From the NCBI GenBank assembly GCA_964399775.1, contig CAYNSH010000008.1:1-61217 (forward strand): 61,217 nucleotides of DNA. The letters are read 5' to 3'. Origin of the DNA: an uncultured Verrucomicrobiota bacterium (lineage in GTDB: Bacteria; Verrucomicrobiota; Kiritimatiellia; CAIQIC01; Lenti-01). Positions within the stretch are counted from its first letter, which is position 1. Each line of letters opens with the position of its first letter. A program made the translations under genes and the position numbers. This document shows positions 1-10,407 of this stretch, one piece after another. The notes beneath the pieces are model-generated. The model ran no database searches. It worked only from the letters and a program-made list of their open reading frames with translations, and was not told the DNA's origin.

Positions 1-57
1 ACGCGCCTCAGGCGCATTCACCCTGCCAAAGGCGCATTTACTTTGTCCATTGACCCG

Positions 58-1131
58 TCAAATCGAACGTCCGGCCTGGCCGGTCTGCTCCGTCAAGGGC
101 AGGCTGGGATCGGCCTCCAGGGCGGGCGGGTTGGTCAACCCGGCCCGGACCCGCAGGCCGGCGGCCGTGGCCACCATGGCGGCGTTGTCCGTGCAATAGG
201 CCGGCGGCGCCAGCAGAAGCCGAACCCCGCGGCGGTGGGCCAGGTCATCCAGTTTCGCCCGCAGCCGCGCATTGCAAGCCACGCCGCCCACGCAGGCCAG
301 GGTCCGCGCCCCGGTGATCTGCAGCCCGCGCCCGGCCCGCATGACCAGCGAATCCATGACCGCCGCCTGATACGAGGCCGCCAGGTCCGCCAACTGTTCC
401 GCCTTCTCGACGGGATGCTTTTTCAGGTGATAGAGCAGCGAGGTTTTGAGGCCGCTGAAGCTGAAGCACAGTTCGATGGCCAGTCCGTTCTCGGTCGTGC
501 GGTTTTTGGCATGCTGGAGCCCGCGGGGGAAATCCACAAAGGTCGGGTCGCCGCCGCTGGCCGCGCGTTCCATGGCGGGCCCCCCGGGATAGCCCAGCCC
601 GAGCAGATGAGCCCCCTTGTCGAGGCATTCGCCGGCGGCATCATCGAGCGTCTGCCCCAGCAAGCGGTACCCCCCCACCGAATCCATCTCGATCAGGGCG
701 GTATGCCCGCCGGACACCAACAGGACCAGCGCCGGACAAAGATCCGCCGGTTCCGGGGCGGCCGGATCGAGAAACAGGCCGGCCACATGGGCTTCCAGGT
801 GGTTCACGCCCCACACCGGCTTGCCGAGGGATTGTCCCAGCGCCCGGGCGCCGGAAAGCCCGATCAACAGGGAACTCACCAGACCCGGGCCATGCGTGAC
901 GGCAATGGCGTCGACGCCCCCCCACCCTGCCCCCGACTGTTCCACGGCCGTGGAAACCACCTCGGGAAAGGCGCGGACGTGCTCGCGGGAGGCGATCTCC
1001 GGCACGACCCCGCCATGCGGCCGGTGGCGGTCGATCTGGCTGTCCACCACGGAAGACAGCACCTCGCGGCCATCGCGCAGCACAGCCGCAGCCGTTTCGT
1101 CGCAGGAGGATTCGATGCCCAGGATTATCAT
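58..1131 (-). CDS. tsaD: tRNA N6-adenosine threonylcarbamoyltransferase TsaD
   Basis: MIILGIESSCDETAAA start, GGVVPEIASREH, NHLEAH metal motif, LLVSGGHT, TLDDAAGE, LGYPGGP, FSFSGLKT, CTDNAAMVA. Start re-picked at ATG 1131. Confidence 0.96.
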   Translation of the reverse strand: MIILGIESSCDETAAAVLRDGREVLSSVVDSQIDRHRPHGGVVPEIASREHVRAFPEVVSTAVEQSGAGWGGVDAIAVTHGPGLVSSLLIGLSGARALGQSLGKPVWGVNHLEAHVAGLFLDPAAPEPADLCPALVLLVSGGHTALIEMDSVGGYRLLGQTLDDAAGECLDKGAHLLGLGYPGGPAMERAASGGDPTFVDFPRGLQHAKNRTTENGLAIELCFSFSGLKTSLLYHLKKHPVEKAEQLADLAASYQAAVMDSLVMRAGRGLQITGARTLACVGGVACNARLRAKLDDLAHRRGVRLLLAPPAYCTDNAAMVATAAGLRVRAGLTNPPALEADPSLPLTEQTGQAGRSI

Positions 1132-1195
1132 GCGGGGCCTGCCTGAAATCCTGGGCCCGGAAAGTCGGGAAACCGATCGGCCACGCCGCGAACCG

Positions 1196-2557
1196 TCATC
1201 GATTCTGGAACACGAGGATGCCGCGCAGCAGGTCGAGCGCCCGGTCGAGCTGCGGATCCGAGACCGTATCCAGATCCAGCAGGTCGACCTCGGCTTCCGG
1301 AGTCGCAGGGGCGCCCGGAAGAAGGACTCCCTCCTCATCGACCCATCCGTCGTCATCCAGCAGCGAGGACTCATCGCCGTTGACTTCCTCGGCGCGGTTG
1401 CGCGACAGGATGATGTGCCGCCAGTTTTCGGCGGACATGGGCACGACGATATCCGGCTCGATGCCGTTGTCGTGGATGACGCGCTCGCTGGGCGTGTAGT
1501 ACTTGGCGGTGGTCAGGCGAATCGCAGTGCGGCCGCCGGGATCCTGCGGCAGCACGCTCTGGACGGAGCCCTTGCCAAAGCTGCGCTCGCCGACCAGCAC
1601 GGCGCGGCGGTTGTCCTGCAAGGCGCCGGCCACGATTTCCGAGGCGCTGGCGCTGTAGCCATTGATGAGAACGGTCATGGGCACGTCGGGAAAGGTCCGG
1701 CGGGAACGGGCCCGGTAGGAGCGCTCCATGCGGTTGTCCCGCCCGCGCGTAAAGACGATCAGGTCGCCGCGCCGCAGGAAGATCTGGGCCACATCCACGG
1801 CGGCGGTGAGCAATCCGCCCGGATTGCTGCGCAGGTCCAGGACAAACGCCCGGATGCCCTGCTGCTCCAGTTTGTCCAGTTCGGCGAGAAGATCGCGCGC
1901 CGTGCTTTCCCCAAACTGCAGCAGCCGCACATAGCCGATCCCCCCGTCAAAGACCTGGGTATCTTTGATGCTGGGCACATTGATCACCGCCCGTTCCAGT
2001 TCGAATTCGCGCATGAGTTGGGTGCGCGGCCGGAAAATCTTGACCTTGACCGTGGTGCCGGGCGTGCCGCGCAGTTTCTTGACCGCCTCTTCCAGGGAAA
2101 GCCCGTCGGTGGGCTCCTCGTCCACCTCCATGATCTTGTCGCCGGAAAGGAGCCCGGCGCGGAACGCCGGCGTTCCCTCCATGGGAGCGATCACGGTCAG
2201 CACGTTGTCCTTGATGCCAATCGTGATGCCCAGGCCGCCGAATTGACCGGAGGTGTCCTCCTTCATGGCCTTGAACGCCTCTTCATCCAGAAACTGGCTG
2301 TGGGGATCCAGCGATTGCAGCATCCCCTTCAAGGCGCCCTGGATCAATTCTTCGTACGTGCTTTTTTCGCCATCGACATAGCTGGCCCGGACCTGTTCGA
2401 CCACCTTCGAGAAGAGGGTGTACATTTCGTAGGGGGATTCCTTGACCGCCTCGGCCGCGGCGGCCTCCCGCAAATAGAGCCGGGCGCCCACCGCCAGGTT
2501 GACGGCCAGGACAGCCGTCACCAGGATCCATCGATAGCCTGTGGAAAGGGATTTCAT
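1196..2557 (-). CDS. Carboxy-terminal processing protease, S41A family (CtpA/Prc-like), with N-terminal anchor and PDZ domain
   Basis: LDPHSQF, FGGLGITI (PDZ), LDLRSNPGG, SASASEIVAGALQD (catalytic Ser), SFGKGSVQ, YYTPS..I...GIEPDI. Confidence 0.93.
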   Translation of the reverse strand: MKSLSTGYRWILVTAVLAVNLAVGARLYLREAAAAEAVKESPYEMYTLFSKVVEQVRASYVDGEKSTYEELIQGALKGMLQSLDPHSQFLDEEAFKAMKEDTSGQFGGLGITIGIKDNVLTVIAPMEGTPAFRAGLLSGDKIMEVDEEPTDGLSLEEAVKKLRGTPGTTVKVKIFRPRTQLMREFELERAVINVPSIKDTQVFDGGIGYVRLLQFGESTARDLLAELDKLEQQGIRAFVLDLRSNPGGLLTAAVDVAQIFLRRGDLIVFTRGRDNRMERSYRARSRRTFPDVPMTVLINGYSASASEIVAGALQDNRRAVLVGERSFGKGSVQSVLPQDPGGRTAIRLTTAKYYTPSERVIHDNGIEPDIVVPMSAENWRHIILSRNRAEEVNGDESSLLDDDGWVDEEGVLLPGAPATPEAEVDLLDLDTVSDPQLDRALDLLRGILVFQNR

Positions 2558-2634
2558 CTCATTCGCTCCGGCGGAAAGACCGGAAATTGGGTGAACCATA
2601 GCCCAGAACCGGCCCGAACGCAACGGCACCCCGC

Positions 2635-4854
2635 CTAGACATGGCCTTCCATGTCCGGCCGGTAGCGGAAATAGACCGCCCCCAGCGGCGGCACGTCCAC
2701 CAGCAGGGACTGATCCCGGCCCTGCCAGTTCTGCGGTTCGGCCCGCAGGAACCGGGTATTCCCCAGGCCGCTGCCGCCATAGATGGCCGCATCGGTATTG
2801 AGGACTTCCTCATACACCCCCAGGCGCGGCACGCCCATCCGGTAGCCCTGGCGGGGCACCGGCGTGAAGTTGAAACCGCAGACCATCAGGTCGCTGGGAT
2901 CCTTCCCCTTGCGCAGGGTGAAGAGCATGCTGTTTTCCCAGTCATTCAGGTCGATCCACTCGAAGCCTTCCCAGGAGAAGTCGATCTGGTGCAGGCATGC
3001 GAAGCCCTTGAGCATCTCGTTGAGATCGCGGGCCAGCCGCTGCAGCCCCGCATGCGAATCGTACTGTAGCAGGTGCCAATCGAGGCTTTCGTGGTGCTGC
3101 CACTCGCGCCATTGCCCGAACTCCATGCCCATGAAGGTCAGCTTCTTGCCCGGATGGGCGTACATGTAGGCATACAGCAGTCGCAGATTGGCAAACTGCT
3201 GCCACATGTCCCCGGGCATCTTCGAAAGCATCGAGCCCTTCCCGTGCACCACCTCGTCGTGGGAAAACGGCAGAATGAAGTTTTCGGAAAATGCGTAGAT
3301 CATCGAGAACGTCATCTCGTGGTGGTGATACTTCCGGAACACCGGATCCTTGCTCATGAACGACAGCGTGTCGTTCATCCACCCCATGTTCCACTTGAGA
3401 TCGAAGCCCAGCCCGCCGAGATAGACCGGGCGCGAGACCATCGGCCAGGCCGTCGACTCTTCCGCAAACGTCAGGAATCCCGGGTATTCCACGTGAACAA
3501 GCTCGTTGAACTTCTTGAGGAAATCGACGGCTTCGAGGTTTTCGCGCCCGCCGAACTTGTTCGGGACCCACTCGCCCTCGTTGCGGGAATAGTCCAGATA
3601 GAGCATCGAGGCCACGGCATCCACCCGCAGGCCATCGATGTGGTAGACATCCGCCAGGAAGATGGCGTTGGACAGCAGGAACGCGCGCACTTCGTTGCGG
3701 CCGTAATTGAAGATGAACGTCCCCCAGTCCTTGTGCTCACCGAGACGCGGGTCTTCATGCTCGTACAGATGCGTGCCGTCGAAATAGGCCAACCCATGGC
3801 CATCCTTGGGAAAGTGCGCCGGCACCCAGTCCACGATCACGCCGATGCCGGCCTGGTGGCACTGGTCGATGAAGTACTTGAAGTCGTCCGGCGTGCCGAA
3901 ACGTGAGGTCGGCGAGTAGTAGCCGATGGTCTGGTAGCCCCAGGAACCGTCGAAGGGATGCTCGCTGATCGGCATGGTTTCGATGTGCGTAAAGCCCATC
4001 TTCTTGACGTAGGGAATGAGGGTGTCCGCCAGCTCCCGGTAGGTCAGCATGCGGTTGTCCTCGTCGGGATTGCGACGCCAGGAACTCAGGTGGACCTCGT
4101 AGACGCTGATGGGCTCGTCCAACCAGTGCTTCTGCTTGCGGGCGTCCATCCACTCCGCATCGTTCCATTCATAGGCGTCCACGTTCCAGACCATCGAGGC
4201 CGAGCGGGGGCGCAGCTCCGACGCGAAGGCGTAGGGATCCGCCTTCTGCACCAGGAACGCGTTGTGCCCCTTGACCTCGAACTTGTACAGGTCGCCGGCC
4301 TTGAGGTGCGGAATGAACAATTCCCACAGCCCCGAACCGCCGCGCTGCTGCATCGGGTGGATGCGCCCATCCCAGTTGTTGAACCAGCCCACCACGCTCA
4401 CCCGGATCGCATTCGGCGCCCAGACCGCGAAATGCACCCCATCCACCCCGTCGATGGTCGCCGGATGCGCACCCATCTTGGTATAGGCGCGGTAGTTGGT
4501 CCCCTCGCCCAGCAGGTACATGTCCAGATCCGTCAACTGCAACGGAAAGCGGTACGGATCCTCCAGTTCCGCCGTGGTCTTGTCGAACCACGTCAATCGC
4601 AAGCGATAGGCAAACGGCTTCTCGTCCGGGAAAAACAGTTCGTAGAGGCCATCCGCATGGATGCGCGGCATCTGGAAGCCGCGGCCATCCGACCCCCGCA
4701 CCAGTTCCACCTGGGTCGCGTACGGACGGAAGACCCGCACCACCACGCCGGGCTTCTTCTTGCCGGTTTCGTGCATGCCCAGCAGCTTGAAAGGCGCGCC
4801 GTGCATGCCGTAGATGATGGCGTTGATTTCAGGCTCGGACAGAATCGGCTTCAT
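2635..4854 (-). CDS. glgB: 1,4-alpha-glucan branching enzyme
   Basis: [66 protein letters not shown] upstream of ATG 4854. Confidence 0.97.
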   Translation of the reverse strand: MKPILSEPEINAIIYGMHGAPFKLLGMHETGKKKPGVVVRVFRPYATQVELVRGSDGRGFQMPRIHADGLYELFFPDEKPFAYRLRLTWFDKTTAELEDPYRFPLQLTDLDMYLLGEGTNYRAYTKMGAHPATIDGVDGVHFAVWAPNAIRVSVVGWFNNWDGRIHPMQQRGGSGLWELFIPHLKAGDLYKFEVKGHNAFLVQKADPYAFASELRPRSASMVWNVDAYEWNDAEWMDARKQKHWLDEPISVYEVHLSSWRRNPDEDNRMLTYRELADTLIPYVKKMGFTHIETMPISEHPFDGSWGYQTIGYYSPTSRFGTPDDFKYFIDQCHQAGIGVIVDWVPAHFPKDGHGLAYFDGTHLYEHEDPRLGEHKDWGTFIFNYGRNEVRAFLLSNAIFLADVYHIDGLRVDAVASMLYLDYSRNEGEWVPNKFGGRENLEAVDFLKKFNELVHVEYPGFLTFAEESTAWPMVSRPVYLGGLGFDLKWNMGWMNDTLSFMSKDPVFRKYHHHEMTFSMIYAFSENFILPFSHDEVVHGKGSMLSKMPGDMWQQFANLRLLYAYMYAHPGKKLTFMGMEFGQWREWQHHESLDWHLLQYDSHAGLQRLARDLNEMLKGFACLHQIDFSWEGFEWIDLNDWENSMLFTLRKGKDPSDLMVCGFNFTPVPRQGYRMGVPRLGVYEEVLNTDAAIYGGSGLGNTRFLRAEPQNWQGRDQSLLVDVPPLGAVYFRYRPDMEGHV

Positions 4855-4951
4855 GCATGAACTCCTCTTCGCTCCCGGCGCGTACGACGCCGCGTTGACG
4901 ATGGCACATCCTCGCATACGCCCGGCGCCGGCGTAAAGGCGGAAGTGGCGC

Positions 4952-6010
4952 CTAGGGGTACGAACCGGGATGGTCCAGCCCGGTCTGCTCGGGCAACCCG
5001 CAAATCAGGTTCAGGTTTTGGAGGGCGTTGCCCGCCTGTCCCTTCATCAGGTTGTCGATGTGCGAGACCACCCGCAGGCGGCGGGTGCGCTCGTCCACAT
5101 CCACGATCAGGTTGGCGTAGTTCGTCCCGCGCACATGGACCGTGCCGATGGCGGCGGTGGCGTCAAACAGGCGCACGAACGGGTTGGCCTGGTGGAATCC
5201 CGCATAGGCACCGCGGACCTCGGAAAGGCCAACCCCGTCGCGCAGGGTGCCGTACAGGGTGCTGAGGATCCCGCGGCAGACGGGAACGACCTGGGCCGTG
5301 AAGGTCACCCGCACGGGCGATCCCGCCAACTGGCCCAGCATGCGCTCGATTTCCATGACGTGCTGGTGTCCGCCGAGCCGGTAGGCGCCCATGCTGTCGT
5401 AGCGGGCGGGATAGTGATGCGCCGCGGATGGCTTTTTGCCCGCGCCGGACACCCCCGTCTTGCAGTCGCAAATCAAACTGGCCGGATCCACCAGGTCGCC
5501 GGCAACCGCCGGAGCCAGCCCCAGCAGGCAGCTCATGGCGAAACAGCCGGGATTGCCGACCAGTCGGCGGTTCTCGCCGTAGGCCGCGCGGTTCAGCTCC
5601 GGGAGGCCATACACGGTCTTCGGCAGCAGCTCGGGCGCCTTGTGGACGGGATCCAATCCAATGCGCTGGGCGTATTCGGCATAGTCCGCCTCGTTGTCAA
5701 AACGGAAATCGCCGCTGTAATCGATCACGCGCGCGCCCTTGGCCAGTTCGTCCGCGGCATGGGTCATGCCCACGCCATCGGGCGTGGAGAACAGCACCAC
5801 ATCGGCCGGCTCCTGGGCCGCCGGATCGTCCGGCTTCAGAATCGGCAGGTCGCAGAACCCCTTCAGGTGAGGATACAAATCGCTGATGGCCCGGCCGGCA
5901 TCCGCCACATCCACCAGCGCCTGGATGCGCGCTTCGGGATGCCGCCGCAGCAACTCCACGATACCCACGCCGCCATATCCGCCGCATCCAACAACCTTGA
6001 CCTTGATCAT
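4952..6010 (-). CDS. argC: N-acetyl-gamma-glutamyl-phosphate reductase
   Basis: VVGCGGYGG Rossmann motif, DYSGDFR, YGLPEL, GNPGCF (catalytic Cys), [21 protein letters not shown]. Confidence 0.95.
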   Translation of the reverse strand: MIKVKVVGCGGYGGVGIVELLRRHPEARIQALVDVADAGRAISDLYPHLKGFCDLPILKPDDPAAQEPADVVLFSTPDGVGMTHAADELAKGARVIDYSGDFRFDNEADYAEYAQRIGLDPVHKAPELLPKTVYGLPELNRAAYGENRRLVGNPGCFAMSCLLGLAPAVAGDLVDPASLICDCKTGVSGAGKKPSAAHHYPARYDSMGAYRLGGHQHVMEIERMLGQLAGSPVRVTFTAQVVPVCRGILSTLYGTLRDGVGLSEVRGAYAGFHQANPFVRLFDATAAIGTVHVRGTNYANLIVDVDERTRRLRVVSHIDNLMKGQAGNALQNLNLICGLPEQTGLDHPGSYP

Positions 6011-6055
6011 GTGGTTCTCCTGTTTACGTTACGAAAGACAACCGTTGCCCCGGCG

Positions 6056-7123
6056 CTAAAACGGAATCCAGCTTTGACCGGGCTTCATGTCGGCCACCGC
6101 GCCGGCCAGCAAATCGATGATCCGGTCCAGATCGTCCAGGCTGACGATTTCGCTGGGAGTGTGCATGTAGCGAAGGGGAATGCTGACCAGGGCCGTCGCC
6201 ACCCCCGCGCGCGAAAGCTGAATGGGATCGGCATCCGTCGGCGTCGCGCGGCCATCGGCCACGATCTGCACCGGGATCTGGAGCCGCCGCGCGGTTTTGA
6301 CCAGGTGCTCATACAGGACGGGATTGATGTTCGCGCCGCGGCACACCACCGGTCCACCGCCCAGTTCCACGCGTCCTTCGCGCTTCTCGGGACCCTCCAT
6401 CATCGGGTGGTCCGTCGCATGGGTCACATCCACCGCCAGGCCCACCTCGGGATCGATCCCGAACGACGCCGTGGTGGCGCCGCGGCTGCCGATTTCCTCT
6501 TGGACCGTCCCCACGGCATGCACCTCCGCGCGGGGATGCATCGCCGCCAGCAGGCGCGCAGTCTCCAGCACGATAAACGCTCCCGCCCGGTTGTCGAACG
6601 CCCGGCCCATCAGCCGGTGGTTCGGCAGTTCGTCCACCCCCTGGTCGATGACCATGGGATCTCCCACCGATACGCGCTTTTCAGCGTCCTTTCGATTCTT
6701 CGCCCCGATGTCCACCCACAGATCCGTCAGCGGCGTGACCTCCTTGCGACTCTCGGGCTTTTGCAGATGGATCGGCACTTTGCCGAACACGCCCTTGACC
6801 ACCCCCTTGGCCGTCCGGATCGCCACGCGCTGGCCTTGCGGGATCTGCGGGTCCCAACCGCCGATCGGCGCCACCCAGAGATAGCCCTTGGAATCGATCA
6901 AGGTCACGATGAACCCGATTTCGTCGTAGTGCCCCGCCAGCATGACCCGCGGCGATCCGCCGGGATTCACCACGATGTCGGTGCTGCCATGCACATCGGT
7001 GCGAACCTGCGCGGCAAAAGACTCGGCCTCTTGCCGGAAGATCCGGACGGCCTCGCGTTCATGGCCGGAGGGAGAAATCGCGCCCATCAGGCGCTTGAGG
7101 AATTCCAGGCGTTTGGGTTTCAT
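6056..7123 (-). CDS. M42 family metallo-aminopeptidase (TET-like)
   Basis: SPSGHE, AGHYDEIG, IGGWDP, AFDNRAG, VQEEIGSRGA, AVDVTHA, RYMHTPSE. Confidence 0.92.
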   Translation of the reverse strand: MKPKRLEFLKRLMGAISPSGHEREAVRIFRQEAESFAAQVRTDVHGSTDIVVNPGGSPRVMLAGHYDEIGFIVTLIDSKGYLWVAPIGGWDPQIPQGQRVAIRTAKGVVKGVFGKVPIHLQKPESRKEVTPLTDLWVDIGAKNRKDAEKRVSVGDPMVIDQGVDELPNHRLMGRAFDNRAGAFIVLETARLLAAMHPRAEVHAVGTVQEEIGSRGATTASFGIDPEVGLAVDVTHATDHPMMEGPEKREGRVELGGGPVVCRGANINPVLYEHLVKTARRLQIPVQIVADGRATPTDADPIQLSRAGVATALVSIPLRYMHTPSEIVSLDDLDRIIDLLAGAVADMKPGQSWIPF

Positions 7124-7166
7124 GGCATCACATTCCGTTCATAGGTGTCTGACCCATGGGGCACGG

Positions 7167-8519
7167 TTAATTCCGCCCCAGGTTGGGATTCAATAACCGC
7201 GATGGCGGGGGCGCAACCGCCTGCATGGGCGGTGGTGTCGCGGGCGGCGGCGCGGGCGCGGGCGCCGGCGGCGCGGCCGGCACAACCGGGGCTGGCGGTT
7301 GAGAAACGGCCGGCGGCGGCGCGGGAACGGGCTGGGCGGGGGCCTCCACGGCCGGCGGCGGTGGGGCCAACAGTTGCGGCGGGGCAACCGCCTGCATGGG
7401 CGGTGGGGCAAGGACCACCTCCGTCGGCCCCCAAGCGCGGGCCGCCATGGGAATCGGAGCCGGCGCGGTTGGCGCCGCCATCGCCATCTGTACCGGGGGC
7501 TGGATGAGCGGCGCCCCCAGCTCCATCTTCGCCCGATTGACGGCCGCCAGGAAATTCAAAATCCCCACGGCAATCCCTTGCGCCACGGTCTCGCGGTAGG
7601 AAGGCGTGGACATCTTCTGGGCTTCCTGGGGATTGGAGATAAACCCGCATTCCACCAGCGCCGCCGGCATCGCCGCATCGCGCAACACCTGAAAGCGCGC
7701 CCGTTTCAGCCCGCGATCCTCCGCACGGGTGATCCCCACCAGCGACTGCTGAATGTGGTGCCCCAACACCGCATTGGAATGGTTGAACCGGTTGTTGGCC
7801 ACCGCCGGATATCGGCCCGTCAATCGCGGATTCGCCGTCGGCGGATAATGCTCCGCCGCGGTCACGAAGGTTTCAACGCCATGCACGCTGCGGTTGTCGA
7901 CGGCATTGAGATGGATGCTGACAAACACATCGCCGCCACCGCGCGCCGCCAGGAAGGGGCGGTCTTGCAAGGTGAGAGACTGGTCCCCATCGCGGGTCAT
8001 GACCACCCGCACCCCGTTGGCGCGCAGATGCGCCGCCGTGCGCCGCGCGATATCCAGCGCCAAATCCTTTTCCATCAGGCCGCCACGGCCCAGGGCGCCG
8101 GGATCCTTGCCGCCATGTCCGGCATCCAGCACCACCGTTCGGGTTCCGCGCGCGCCCAGATACGCCGACGGCCGAACCAGCGGGTCCACGATGAACTGGG
8201 CATCGGCGTCCGTGATGGCCCAACCGCTGCGCAGCTTGATCACCGGGGCATGCAGCCAGACCTTGCTGCCGTTGATCATCGCTTCCCGGCCATCCATCGT
8301 GAGCAGGACGCTGAGATATTGCCCCCGGATCAGAAGCTTCTTGTTGCCGGGCTCTGTCAGGGGCAGGCCATACATGCCCGCCAAGTCCTTCAGGTCCACA
8401 TACCGCCGCCCGGCATACGTCACCGCGCGCAGGGTGCGGACCTGGGCCAAGGCCGGCCGGGGCGCCAAGACCCCCAAGACCAACGCGACGACGACGAGGA
8501 TGGAACGGGCTGCAATCAT
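7167..8519 (-). CDS. N-acetylmuramoyl-L-alanine amidase (Amidase_3) with signal peptide and Pro/Ala-rich C-terminal tail
   Basis: VVLDAGHGGKDPGA, EKDLAL, FVSIHLNA, ALVECGFISN. Hydrophobic N-terminus from ATG 8519. Confidence 0.92.
   Translation of the reverse strand: MIAARSILVVVALVLGVLAPRPALAQVRTLRAVTYAGRRYVDLKDLAGMYGLPLTEPGNKKLLIRGQYLSVLLTMDGREAMINGSKVWLHAPVIKLRSGWAITDADAQFIVDPLVRPSAYLGARGTRTVVLDAGHGGKDPGALGRGGLMEKDLALDIARRTAAHLRANGVRVVMTRDGDQSLTLQDRPFLAARGGGDVFVSIHLNAVDNRSVHGVETFVTAAEHYPPTANPRLTGRYPAVANNRFNHSNAVLGHHIQQSLVGITRAEDRGLKRARFQVLRDAAMPAALVECGFISNPQEAQKMSTPSYRETVAQGIAVGILNFLAAVNRAKMELGAPLIQPPVQMAMAAPTAPAPIPMAARAWGPTEVVLAPPPMQAVAPPQLLAPPPPAVEAPAQPVPAPPPAVSQPPAPVVPAAPPAPAPAPPPATPPPMQAVAPPPSRLLNPNLGRN
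7213..7406. repeat. 23-bp exact direct repeat (7213-7235 and 7384-7406) inside the amidase tail
   Basis: GCAACCGCCTGCATGGGCGGTGG occurs twice, within two copies of the peptide PPPMQAVAPP. Confidence 0.8.
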
Positions 8520-8622
8520 GAAAGGCCGCAATCTACGGAATTCTCCATCCCTTGGCAAATGCTTACGGCACCCAACCGTTTTTCTCTTCCCGGCGACCAC
8601 GGAATCGCGGTAGGATGCGGGC

Positions 8623-10407
8623 GTGGCAATGGTCCAGGCAACTTGCGGCGGCGGCGTTTCCGCCACTAGGCGTGGCCCGTCGATCCCGCCGGCAAGAGCG
8701 GCGGATCGACGGTGCGGCGGGGTGGTGGCCCTGTGCGCCTGGGCGCTGATCGGGCTGTCCTGGCAATCGTCCGTGGCCGCACTCGATCCCCTGCTGCTGG
8801 GCGATGGCGATCGACTGCTGGTGCTGGCGCCTCATCCCAACGATGAAATCCTCGCGGCCGGAGGACTCATCCAGGAAGCGCTGGCGCTCGACCTGCCCGT
8901 CAAGGTCTGCGTGTTCACCATGGGCGAAAACAATGAAATCGCCCGCCTCTTCGTTCGCCGGCATGTCCACCAGATCCCGGGCGCCCGCCAACCCACGGGC
9001 CACTTGCGCCAGACCGAGGCGCTGGCGGCCGCCGGGCATCTCGGCCTGGCCTCCGACGACCTGGTCTTCCTGGGATTTCCGGCCTCTTCGACCTATGAGA
9101 TATGGAAGAATCATTGGCGCGACGTTGCGCCCCTGTGGTCGGAACTGACGCGCAGCCGGGCGATCCCCTATGATCATGTGCTCACCCCCGGGAATGCCCA
9201 TGCGGGCGATGATATTCTCGACGACCTGGAAGACATCCTGGCCGAGTTCCAGCCCACGCTGGTCGTCCTGCCGCATCCCGGCGACCACAACGACGACCAC
9301 CGCGCCCTGTATTTATTCGCCCGTGTCGCGCTCTGGAACGTCGAAGCGCTCGGCATCGCGCCGGAACTGTTGGCCTATCCCGTGCATTTCACGCGCTGGC
9401 CGCTGCCCCGCCGGTTTGATCCCCAGCGCCAAGTGGCCCCACCCGATTTTCTCGGAACCACCACCGCGTGGAGAGAATTCGAACTGGCCCCCTTCCAAGT
9501 CAACGCCAAGCAGGTCGCCTTGCGGCGGCATCACTCCCAGTTCCAGCGCGCGGCCACCTATTTGGAAGCCCTGGTGAACAAAAACGAGTTGTTTGGGGAT
9601 GTTCCGCCGATCGTTCTGCCCGGCGGGATCGGCGCAACGGAGTGGGTTGAACCCGACCACACGCGCTACCGGCCCGACCGCGACTTCTTGCAGGAGTTGG
9701 TCCGGGATTCCGACATCTGGCTGGAGATTGTTGGACAGCACAACGCGGAAACCGCGGCCCTGGAGAAGTACGATCATTCATTCCAGCGCGTCGGATTCGA
9801 GGGAGATGGCCGTCGTGTGCGCCTGACCCTGCAGATCCAACGGCCGCTATCGCCGGAAACCCGCCTGCGAATCTTTTTGTACGGCTATCGATCCGACATC
9901 CCCTTCGGGGACATGCCGAAGATTCAAATCACAACCGGCCCGCAACAGACCGATTCCGTGAAAGACCTCGTGAGGACCCTTTCCAACCGCATCGTCGAAA
10001 CCAGCGCCGGCGGCGGCGATGAAGTATCCGTGGCTCTGGACCTGGCGCAACTGGGCCACCCGCATCGGATTCTGGTTGGCGCTGAACTGCTGTACGAGGA
10101 ATTGCCGCTCGACTGGCTGGCATGGAGGGTCATCGAACTGCCCGACCGGGGGGACCCTTCGCCGTTGGCCGGGGCGCCCCCCTCCCCGCCATCACCGTCA
10201 CCGCAGCCTCCCGCCGTCGTGGCTCCAGAGCCGCCGGCGCCTCCGTCCCCAGATTCGTTTGTACGGCAACCACCCCCGCGAGGCCGACGACGCCCTCCGG
10301 CCCGTCCCGATCCTTCCGGAACGCCGGAGCGCCTGGTTCCACGCGTCAACCTGCCGACCCGGGATATTCCCGAACGGTCGTACGAAAACGAGCCGGTCTT
10401 CTGGTGA
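8623..10407 (+). CDS. PIG-L/LmbE family deacetylase-like protein, probably exported, with an extra C-terminal domain and Pro-rich tail
   Basis: LLVLAPHPNDEILAAGG, TMGE, RQTEALAAAGHLG, FLGFP, HPGDHNDDH, HHSQ. Start uncertain (GTG 8623 or ATG 8629). Confidence 0.8.
   Translation: MAMVQATCGGGVSATRRGPSIPPARAADRRCGGVVALCAWALIGLSWQSSVAALDPLLLGDGDRLLVLAPHPNDEILAAGGLIQEALALDLPVKVCVFTMGENNEIARLFVRRHVHQIPGARQPTGHLRQTEALAAAGHLGLASDDLVFLGFPASSTYEIWKNHWRDVAPLWSELTRSRAIPYDHVLTPGNAHAGDDILDDLEDILAEFQPTLVVLPHPGDHNDDHRALYLFARVALWNVEALGIAPELLAYPVHFTRWPLPRRFDPQRQVAPPDFLGTTTAWREFELAPFQVNAKQVALRRHHSQFQRAATYLEALVNKNELFGDVPPIVLPGGIGATEWVEPDHTRYRPDRDFLQELVRDSDIWLEIVGQHNAETAALEKYDHSFQRVGFEGDGRRVRLTLQIQRPLSPETRLRIFLYGYRSDIPFGDMPKIQITTGPQQTDSVKDLVRTLSNRIVETSAGGGDEVSVALDLAQLGHPHRILVGAELLYEELPLDWLAWRVIELPDRGDPSPLAGAPPSPPSPSPQPPAVVAPEPPAPPSPDSFVRQPPPRGRRRPPARPDPSGTPERLVPRVNLPTRDIPERSYENEPVFW

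Noticed and set aside
617-7144. Long plus-strand ORFs 617-2638 and 4970-7144
   Set aside because: Antisense to clearly identified tsaD, S41 protease, argC and M42 peptidase genes.
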